IMG/VR virus record: IMGVR_UViG_3300025930_000008
Coordinates: 1 to 64,000 of that record
DNA: 64,000 nt
DNA from: a virus
Strand: one strand, 5' to 3'
The notes under the pieces are model-generated. The model was not told the origin of the DNA and ran no database searches. It worked only from the letters and a program-made list of their open reading frames with translations. This document shows, piece by piece, positions 56,877 to 64,000 of this stretch. Each line of letters opens with the position of its first letter. The first letter of the stretch is position 1. Made by a program: the position numbers and the translations under genes.

Positions 56877-57009
56877 AGCGCAAGCATCCCTTCTTGTCGT
56901 TGGAACATTTGCCACTGGACAAACGGCGTTGCCACGACTTGAAGTGGCATCGAGTCTCCCGGTCGGCACCTTTGCCACCGGGCAAGCGGTCAACCTGACC
57001 GTTCTGTAG
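56866..57009 (+). CDS. 47 aa protein with a duplicated VGTFATGQ motif
   Basis: the two repeat copies differ only at synonymous positions. Confidence 0.55.
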   Translation: MRVRAQASLLVVGTFATGQTALPRLEVASSLPVGTFATGQAVNLTVL

Positions 57010-57057
57010 TCTTTAGACATACGCAAAACACAAGCTGCCAAGCAGCTTTACAAGCAC

Positions 57058-57990
57058 ATGGAGAATTACATGCCCGAGTTTAGGCGTGGTATTGCAGGTA
57101 TGCAGTCGAACAACGGTTCCGGGGGCAAGCAGTTCCCGGCCTTCTGCCCAGAAATCAGGTGGCAGAATGACCGTGAAGAGAAGTTCATCCTATTTCTCAA
57201 CACGATTGATGACATTCCAACCGTCGAGCTTCACACATTCATCCCGGTTGGAACTACTAAGAGCGGCAAGACAAAGTACGACCAGTTTATCTCCCGTCGT
57301 GATCCGGCAATTGGAGAGTCTGCTGATGATTTGTCAGACCGTTTGGGTCGTAAAGCTGTGGCTAGGGCTTTAGCAGTCGCAGTTGAACTAGAGCCTAAGT
57401 ACAAGATGGTCAACGGTAAGCGCCGTCCGACTGGCTTTGAGGTAAAGACTGAAACCTTTACCCGTAAGACCGAGGAAGGTGGCACTGAGGACGTTGAGGC
57501 TCCGCTCGTCGGCCTGGTAGTACAGTCGCCGTACAATTTCTACGGCTGGCTTGGCTCATTCAGTGAGTCCACTGGAACCATTGAGGACACTCCGTTCCAG
57601 ATCATCCGTCGTGGTAAGGATGCAAAGACCACGTACGATTTCATGCCGTTCCTTGACCAAGAGGTTGACTTTACTAATCTCATTAGTCTTGTAGGAAACG
57701 TTAGCTACCTCCGTGGTGAAGTAGATAAGCTTCCTTCTGACGACAAGGAAGCGGCTCTCCGTATTGGTGAAGTAATGCTAGAGAAGCGTCTATCAGAACT
57801 TACCGATAAGGACCGCTACACGGAATTGGTCACTCCTATTCAGGAGATTGAAGATCGGTTCGGTGGTAGCGGCGGTCAGACTAGGATTGAACCTAAGGCT
57901 GACGCACAGGCAATGGTCACCCCGACCAATGGTACGACTAACGGCTCAGATAAGTTTGAGCAGCTAAGAAAGATGCACGAAGGGGTCTAA
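57058..57990 (+). CDS. putative ssDNA-binding protein
   Basis: replication context; IIRRGKDAKTTYDF resembles gp32-like SSBs. Confidence 0.5.
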   Translation: MENYMPEFRRGIAGMQSNNGSGGKQFPAFCPEIRWQNDREEKFILFLNTIDDIPTVELHTFIPVGTTKSGKTKYDQFISRRDPAIGESADDLSDRLGRKAVARALAVAVELEPKYKMVNGKRRPTGFEVKTETFTRKTEEGGTEDVEAPLVGLVVQSPYNFYGWLGSFSESTGTIEDTPFQIIRRGKDAKTTYDFMPFLDQEVDFTNLISLVGNVSYLRGEVDKLPSDDKEAALRIGEVMLEKRLSELTDKDRYTELVTPIQEIEDRFGGSGGQTRIEPKADAQAMVTPTNGTTNGSDKFEQLRKMHEGV

Positions 57991-58256
57991 TGTATACAGT
58001 TGACACTGAGTCTGTCGAGTATGCCTTCGACCATCTGATGAATGTTGCTCAGATTCACGCTGACAACGATTCTATGGCAGAGATTGCCAGCGCCCTTAAG
58101 CTAGTACATCAGGGCCTTGGCATGACTGAGGAAGCTACTGATGCGGTCTTTACGGGCATTGCGAAAATGTCTCCCGAACTAGACAAAGCATCGTGGATGG
58201 TACTTGGTGTCATCATCGGGTTAGCGGCAGCACAACATGGCGCTGAATCCGAGTAG
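57990..58256 (+). CDS. hypothetical protein
   Basis: 88 aa ORF. Confidence 0.55.
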   Translation: MYTVDTESVEYAFDHLMNVAQIHADNDSMAEIASALKLVHQGLGMTEEATDAVFTGIAKMSPELDKASWMVLGVIIGLAAAQHGAESE

Positions 58257-58674
58257 TGGACTCTTAGTCTACACAGACGGCGCTTATAGCGCACGGGGAC
58301 CAGGCGGTTGGAGTTGGGTAGCGGTAGATGCTTTTGGCGGGGAGCAATTCTCGTCAGGGCATATACCGCCCCCGACTACCAATAACCGTGCTGAACTTGT
58401 GGCTGTGTACGCAGCCCTTGATGACTTACATGCCAAGTATGGGCCAATTGAATTAGAGATAGTAAGCGACAGTATCTATGTCGTCAAAGGTGCAACCTAT
58501 CCAGAGCGTGCGCGCAACGTCAATCGTGACCTATGGGATAGAGTTGACCGGGGCATAGAGAAACATGCTTACGTCCAATTCAGGCACATACCAGGCCATG
58601 TGGGAGTGAAGTACAACGAACTGGCAGATACCCTGGCAGTTGAAGCAAAGAGGAAATCAACCTATGTCTATTAG
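58237..58674 (+). CDS. rnhA: ribonuclease HI
   Basis: VYTDGA, TTNNRAEL, SDSIYV, GH...NELAD. Confidence 0.95.
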   Translation: MALNPSSGLLVYTDGAYSARGPGGWSWVAVDAFGGEQFSSGHIPPPTTNNRAELVAVYAALDDLHAKYGPIELEIVSDSIYVVKGATYPERARNVNRDLWDRVDRGIEKHAYVQFRHIPGHVGVKYNELADTLAVEAKRKSTYVY

Positions 58675-58861
58675 TACGACTACAAAGAAGGAAGCAGTAT
58701 ACAATTACCTGCGTAAGAACCGCAGGTACATTCCCGGCCCCGAGATTGAGGCGGCTGGTGGTCTACGTAGGCTCCGTGAGCTACGTTCTGAGGGCAAGAA
58801 TATTGTCTCTCGTAAGAACCCTAAGACTGGTGCCTGGGAGTACCGTCTACAGGGTAAGTAA
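58664..58861 (+). CDS. small HTH protein
   Basis: LRRLRELRSEGKNI...EYRL. Confidence 0.6.
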   Translation: MSISTTTKKEAVYNYLRKNRRYIPGPEIEAAGGLRRLRELRSEGKNIVSRKNPKTGAWEYRLQGK

Positions 58862-61800
58862 TGCAATTCGCTCCACTACACAATCACTCAGAATACTCCG
58901 CACTAGACGGGTTCTCTACCTGTGAGGAAATAGCGGAGCGATGCGTTGAATTGGGGTGTCCCTGCTGCGGTATCACAGATCACGGTACTGTGGCAGGGCA
59001 CCTTGAATTCGCTAAGGCCCTAGCTAAGAGGGATATCAAGCCTATCTTTGGTACAGAATTGTACCACGGAGTCAAGCCCAAAGGTTACAAGGGCTGGACT
59101 CGGAACGAGCGTGACCAGGCGCACCTAGTTGTGGGTGCCATGACGAATGAGGGCCTACGTAACCTATGGCGACTGAATGATATCGCCAGTCAGAACTTTC
59201 GATACGTAGGGAGGGTGACGTGGGATGATCTTGAGGGCTATTCAGACGGTCTTTTTTGCACTACAGCTTGCATCGCTAGTCTCGTATCTAGTGAGTTGCT
59301 TGCCGGACACTCGGAGTCTCTAAATAAGTACGTAGAGATATTCAAGGATAATCTCTACGTTGAGTTACACACCTATCCCAGCCCTGACCAAGAGCAGATC
59401 AACCTGGCTCTTTGTCAAATTGCAACGGAACGTGGACTCCCCGTAGTATACGCTAACGATGCCCACTTTGCCTATCCCGGGCAGTATGCGCAGCACGATG
59501 CTTATGTTGCCATGCAGACCGGGGAATCCATTGACACTCCGATCAATGACCGTAAGATGTGGCACCCCTTTGCGTTGTATATGATGGACGAAACGGAGAT
59601 TCGCAACCATTTACATTACCTGCCTGACTCTGTAGTTGATGAGGCGTTGTCAAATACCGTCGCGCTCGGCAGCCGCTGTAATGTCAGCCTCCCATCTATC
59701 AAGCCACATCTCCCTATCTTCATCCCCAAGCATTGCGAATTCGTCCCCGAACATCATCGTGAGGACAATGCGAGCAAGCTCTTTATCGACCTTGTTGAGA
59801 ATGGCCTCAAGGATCGCTACGGAGAGGACGCCGGGGATGAGGTATGGCAGCGCGCGAATAAGGAAATGGAGGCTTTCTTTGCAGGAGGGCTTCATCACTA
59901 TTTCTTACAAGCGTGGGACTTCTGTCAGTTCTGTGATGCAAATGGCATAGAACGGGGTCCGGGTCGTGGATCGGCGGCGGGAGCGCTTGTTTCTTACGCG
60001 CTTGGTATTACGGACGTTGACCCACTTCGTTACCAACTCTCTTTCGAGAGGTTTTGGAACGCTGGTCGAGCTAAAGGCTTCCCCGATATAGACAATGATT
60101 TCCCCGTTTATGAGCGTGAGAGGATTAAGGAGTACCTCACTCGTAGGTGGGGCGGCGACAACGTACGCAGCATAGGCACGGTGACCCGGCTGAAACCGAA
60201 AGCTGCCCTTGATAAGACTTACAGGGTATTTGGCGTCGAGTTTCAAGAGAAAGAATCCATCAAAAAGATTGTCAACACTGTACCTGACCTCAACATTCTC
60301 GGTGCCGACTCGGTGGGCTGGAAAGATGACGGTGGCGGTAAGACGATCTACGTGTGGTCACATGTTGGTCGGCAGATAAAGCAGTACGTTGAGCAGCGTC
60401 CACCTGATCGTCAAACTGTCCTGTGGAAGTGGCTTGATTTCGTGGAGGCTGTGTGTTCCCGTGTTTCAGGATACGGCGTACATGCCTCAGGAGTCGTTGT
60501 GTCCGATGTGCCATTGAGTGATGAGTTGCCTAGTTTCTGGTCAGCTACAGGTAACACTCAGGCGACGATGTTCCCGATGGCCGACGTGGATAAGCGCGGA
60601 TTCATCAAGCAGGACATTCTTGGCCTGCGGAATCTAGACACTCTACAGGAGTGGAAGCGCCTCGTCAAGCTGAACCACGGCATTGATATCAAGTGGTCAG
60701 GATTAGAGGCTAAGCAGCACCCACTTGAGATGTGGGAAATGCTGGACAAGGGACTCACCACGGGTGTGTTCCAAATTGAGACTAGTCCACCTGTGAGAAA
60801 GCTGACCATGGAATTCAAGCCACGCTCAGTCGAGGACTTGTCAGTTATTGTGGCCTTGAACCGTCCCGGCCCACTACGTAGTGGTACGGGTGAAAGGTTC
60901 GTAGCCCGCCGTAATGGCCTAGAGCCGATCCAATACGACCACCCCTTTCTTGAGGATATCCTAGATGAAACTTATGGACTGTTTCTATATCAGGAGCAGG
61001 TCATCGCGCTGTTCAGTAAGCTAGGTCTATCTGAGTCTGATGCTGATGCGATCCGTAAGGTACTAGGCAAGAAGAATAATGAGGATTGGCAAGCGGTCAA
61101 GAATGGTGAAGGGGAGTGGCAAGATAAGGGCTTTTTCGATCTTGCTCGCCGTGTTATGGATGAGGGTTCTGCGCAGGTTATATGGAACCGCCTTGAGGAA
61201 TTCGCTAAGTACAGCTTCAACAAGTCGCACTCCATCGCTTATGCAACGATTGCGTTTCGTACGCTCTATGCGAAGTATTACGCGCCAACAGAATTCATCA
61301 TGGCATGTATACGAACCAATAACGAAGATGCAGCTTTATACGTGGCTGAGGGACGACGCATCGGAGTGCCAGTATTGCCTCCGGATATTAGAAAATCCGG
61401 TGCTGAGGTTGGCGTTACCGATGGAGCTATCTACTATGGACTCGCAAACGTTAAGGGTGTGGGCCTATCATCTGCACGGTATCTCTCCCAACTTGTCAAA
61501 ACACATTCATGCTTTACGCCCGCCGACGTTGAAACGGCGTTAGAGGTAGAAGATGCGGCGTGGCGAAAGAGAAAAGAGGCTCATCAGGCTAATAATGTCA
61601 CAGCCTTCCGCGAGCGCTCACCCCGTAGCCAGTGTCGATCCAATATCATTGAGGCCCTTGAGAGAGTTGGGGCCTTTGACAATTACAAAGAAAGAACTGT
61701 ATCTCTGGCTGAACAGCAAGCCGCCGAGACTGAACTCTTGGGCATTGTTCTTAGCGACAACACTCAGGAAGCGCTAGATAGAAACTCCGATCTGGTAGAA

Positions 61801-62079
61801 GAATGTGACGATTACCAGGAGTTTATTGATTCTATCTCAGCGGGTGCGCGTGCTAAACTAGCAGGTATAGTTTCAAATATTCGTCCAACTCAAACGAAGG
61901 CGACTGGCTCTGACATGGCTATCGTCACCATCGAAATGGGGCAGGACAACATTGAGTTCGCTGTATTCCCACGTCAATGGGAGTCCTACAAGTTTTTATG
62001 GAAGGAACGAACCGCTGGAATATTCAACCTTAAGAAGTCGGACAGAGGAACCTTCTTTGAGGACGGAATCAAACTCTAA
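58861..62079 (+). CDS. dnaE: DNA polymerase III alpha subunit
   Basis: LHNHSEYSALDG, TDHG, GRGSAAG, PDIDND, HASG, FNKSH. Confidence 0.97.
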   Translation: MQFAPLHNHSEYSALDGFSTCEEIAERCVELGCPCCGITDHGTVAGHLEFAKALAKRDIKPIFGTELYHGVKPKGYKGWTRNERDQAHLVVGAMTNEGLRNLWRLNDIASQNFRYVGRVTWDDLEGYSDGLFCTTACIASLVSSELLAGHSESLNKYVEIFKDNLYVELHTYPSPDQEQINLALCQIATERGLPVVYANDAHFAYPGQYAQHDAYVAMQTGESIDTPINDRKMWHPFALYMMDETEIRNHLHYLPDSVVDEALSNTVALGSRCNVSLPSIKPHLPIFIPKHCEFVPEHHREDNASKLFIDLVENGLKDRYGEDAGDEVWQRANKEMEAFFAGGLHHYFLQAWDFCQFCDANGIERGPGRGSAAGALVSYALGITDVDPLRYQLSFERFWNAGRAKGFPDIDNDFPVYERERIKEYLTRRWGGDNVRSIGTVTRLKPKAALDKTYRVFGVEFQEKESIKKIVNTVPDLNILGADSVGWKDDGGGKTIYVWSHVGRQIKQYVEQRPPDRQTVLWKWLDFVEAVCSRVSGYGVHASGVVVSDVPLSDELPSFWSATGNTQATMFPMADVDKRGFIKQDILGLRNLDTLQEWKRLVKLNHGIDIKWSGLEAKQHPLEMWEMLDKGLTTGVFQIETSPPVRKLTMEFKPRSVEDLSVIVALNRPGPLRSGTGERFVARRNGLEPIQYDHPFLEDILDETYGLFLYQEQVIALFSKLGLSESDADAIRKVLGKKNNEDWQAVKNGEGEWQDKGFFDLARRVMDEGSAQVIWNRLEEFAKYSFNKSHSIAYATIAFRTLYAKYYAPTEFIMACIRTNNEDAALYVAEGRRIGVPVLPPDIRKSGAEVGVTDGAIYYGLANVKGVGLSSARYLSQLVKTHSCFTPADVETALEVEDAAWRKRKEAHQANNVTAFRERSPRSQCRSNIIEALERVGAFDNYKERTVSLAEQQAAETELLGIVLSDNTQEALDRNSDLVEECDDYQEFIDSISAGARAKLAGIVSNIRPTQTKATGSDMAIVTIEMGQDNIEFAVFPRQWESYKFLWKERTAGIFNLKKSDRGTFFEDGIKL

Positions 62080-62242
62080 GCTGCATCGAGCAGTCCGAGC
62101 GCAACAGAAGGCCAAGCTACAAACTTACATGGCCTTGATGGAACAACGTCTACCTATCCCCGCTGACTTAAGAAGGGACGTAGAAGAGAAAATACCTGTA
62201 ACCAGAAAGTATCTAAGAGATTGGCTAACGTATACGACATAG
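62057..62242 (+). CDS. 61 aa protein homologous to the portal C-terminal segment
   Basis: SD AGAGGA + TTG; VRAQQKAKLQTYMALMEQRLPIPADLRRDVE. Confidence 0.6.
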   Translation: MRTESNSKLHRAVRAQQKAKLQTYMALMEQRLPIPADLRRDVEEKIPVTRKYLRDWLTYTT

Positions 62243-63267
62243 CAAAGAAATACGAGAAGAAATATGGGCATCAAGCTAGCGCTGGTGGCAGGTTCAATCG
62301 AGTTATTGACGTTACTAGCACGGGGATATTATCGCTGGACTACGCACTTGGTACCGGAGGCTGGGAAGAGGGGACTATCAACGAAGTATTTGGTCCTCCT
62401 GATATTGGCAAGTCGTCTATCATCGGCTTTAACGCGATTATAGAACAGCAAAAGAAGGGCCGTATCTGTGCAATCGTAGCACTAGAGCCTGGGTTTGATC
62501 CTAAGTGGGCTGAAAAGAATGGAGTAGACCTTGACAAAGTTATCATCGGGTGGCCGGACAATGGTGAAGATGCGTTCAACATGGCGTACGACTTTGTTCT
62601 CGATGAGAATATTGGGTTTGTTCTCTTTGATTCTATTGGTGCGGTGCTTCGACCTTCTGAGGCAGGCGATAAGGGAAAGCCCTCTCAAGGTGGGCAAAGC
62701 GCTCTTATTACGTGGGGAGTCAAAAGGCTTCAAATGCCAGCCTGGAAGCGAAAGAAAACCGTAATCCTACTGAATCAGGTCAGGGACGATATGAACGCTC
62801 GCATCCCTGGTCTAGTGGATTCGCCCGGAGGCCACGCGCTCAAACATACCTGTGAAGTACGCATCCAATTGCGGCCTGGTAGCGATCAGTATAAGGTCCG
62901 CGTTGGTAGTGGTGACGACGCTCACGATGTTACTGTAGGTAGGTCAATTATCGCCATCGTCAAGCGTACTAAGAGGGCAGAGGGCACGAATGCCCGCGCT
63001 GTCTTTGACTTCTACTCTATGGAAACCGAGCATCTACCGTTCGGCGTAGACAAAGAGTGGGACATTATCAATACCGCCAAGCGTGCTGGTGTATTCTCCG
63101 GTACCGGTTGGCTTTACCATCAATCATTCCCAGATGGCAAGCTACATGGCAAGGACGCTGTAGCTCAGTTCCTAAAGGACAATCCACTAATCGTGGAGGG
63201 AATCAAAAACGAAGTTATAGCTCAAGTGAGAAAAAATGAACGGCAAGCAGCTAGCGAAGATACATGA
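62221..63267 (+). CDS. recA: RecA recombinase
   Basis: STGILSLDYALGTGG, EVFGPPDIGKS, FDSIGA, LNQVR, SPGGHALK. Confidence 0.95.
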   Translation: MANVYDIAKKYEKKYGHQASAGGRFNRVIDVTSTGILSLDYALGTGGWEEGTINEVFGPPDIGKSSIIGFNAIIEQQKKGRICAIVALEPGFDPKWAEKNGVDLDKVIIGWPDNGEDAFNMAYDFVLDENIGFVLFDSIGAVLRPSEAGDKGKPSQGGQSALITWGVKRLQMPAWKRKKTVILLNQVRDDMNARIPGLVDSPGGHALKHTCEVRIQLRPGSDQYKVRVGSGDDAHDVTVGRSIIAIVKRTKRAEGTNARAVFDFYSMETEHLPFGVDKEWDIINTAKRAGVFSGTGWLYHQSFPDGKLHGKDAVAQFLKDNPLIVEGIKNEVIAQVRKNERQAASEDT

Positions 63268-63571
63268 GGAATGGGTAGCTAAACAATATGATGGAAGGCG
63301 CTCTCGTACCTCGGGAGCGTCCCCTGTAGATAAAGGCGATGTGTCCACCGGCACTCACTTGTATGAGTGCAAACTCCGTGGTGCCCCTGGTGGACCATCT
63401 ATGCGCACGACACAGATGCGTTGGATGGAAAAGGTCGCTGATGAGGCATGGGCCGAGGGTAAGCAACCCGCTCTATGCTTACGCTATTATTGTCCTGAGT
63501 CAATTTTAGCCAACCATGAAGGCTGGGTTGACTTCACCCTCCGACTAACGAGGGATGATAGTGGCAATTAG
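63236..63571 (+). CDS. Holliday junction resolvase-like PD-(D/E)XK protein
   Basis: HE...SGA..KGDV...ECK. Confidence 0.7.
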   Translation: MNGKQLAKIHEEWVAKQYDGRRSRTSGASPVDKGDVSTGTHLYECKLRGAPGGPSMRTTQMRWMEKVADEAWAEGKQPALCLRYYCPESILANHEGWVDFTLRLTRDDSGN

Positions 63572-64000
63572 GCTCAAGAAAGATACCTTTGTCCGCAACC
63601 TTGTCAAGAATCACAAACTAGCCGGACACATCGACAAATCAATTGGTGAGGGCGAGTTCAATTGGCATGCAGAATTCAAGGTCAAGCAAGGCGATGACGG
63701 ATTTCATCCTAGTAGTGACTGCACTCCAAGCGTATTTAATCTATTTCGTAGTCGGACAACGGATAGTAAGGGCATCTCTACGGGGCTAAGCAAAGCCTTT
63801 CAAGTTGGACACTTCTGGCACGCTTACATTCAATGGATTGTCGTAGAAAGATTAGGCTATGCGTCATGGGATGAAATCGAAGTCCGAGGCCAACGTCGCT
63901 GGGCGGATGGCCCTTATGGTTGGGCTACTGGTAGTGCTGATATCGCCCCTTGTCATATACCTAGTGCTGGGGATTATCTCATTGATATAAAAACCATGAG
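63561..64000 (+). CDS. PD-(D/E)XK (Cas4/RecB-like) exonuclease, truncated by the window edge
   Basis: FHPSSDC, GHFWH, GSAD, LIDIKT. Confidence 0.7.
   Translation, partial: MAIRLKKDTFVRNLVKNHKLAGHIDKSIGEGEFNWHAEFKVKQGDDGFHPSSDCTPSVFNLFRSRTTDSKGISTGLSKAFQVGHFWHAYIQWIVVERLGYASWDEIEVRGQRRWADGPYGWATGSADIAPCHIPSAGDYLIDIKTM

Noticed and set aside
56700-57041. Minus-strand 113 aa ORF with CPVAxVPT repeat
   Set aside because: Antisense shadow of two plus-strand ORFs; the synonymous pattern and operon direction support the plus frame
48458-63267. Inteins or introns in nrdJ, dnaB, dnaE, recA (and terL)
   Set aside because: Lengths are normal, frames are uninterrupted, and no C...HN-[CST] splice motifs were seen

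Overview
64 kb segment of a large tailed dsDNA phage. The host is most likely an actinobacterium, tentatively Thermoleophilia (judged from leaderless sigma70-type promoters, a Solirubrobacterales-type wHTH protein, an actinobacterial 'hydrophobic protein' and an L,D-transpeptidase). Minus strand 1-50.2 kb, from left to right: early/accessory genes (vWA-metallopeptidase plus MoxR AAA, ArdC-like); modular polyproteins carrying a CCA-adding enzyme and a second nucleotidyltransferase; portal, terminase and four paralogous fibre proteins; cell-wall enzymes; a ~13.5 kb RNA cluster; class II RNR. The RNA cluster holds 37 tRNA or tRNA-like genes covering all 20 amino acids (none encodes CCA), a tmRNA (tag ADTHTFALAA), a compact RNase P RNA and many unassigned structured RNAs. 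Plus strand 50.3-64 kb is the replication module (DnaC-like, DnaB, MTase, ThyX, primase, RNase H, DnaE, RecA, nucleases). The most striking candidate system is a self-contained RNA-processing unit (RNase P RNA + CCA enzyme + tmRNA) acting on an apparently tRNA-punctuated transcript: small ORFs start 0-4 nt after tRNA 3' ends, and several have their stop codon inside the next tRNA. Also notable: a Zn-ribbon tail shared by 8 unrelated proteins, and stand-alone copies of portal and AAA sub-domains. All calls were made by eye; no searches or folding programs were run.
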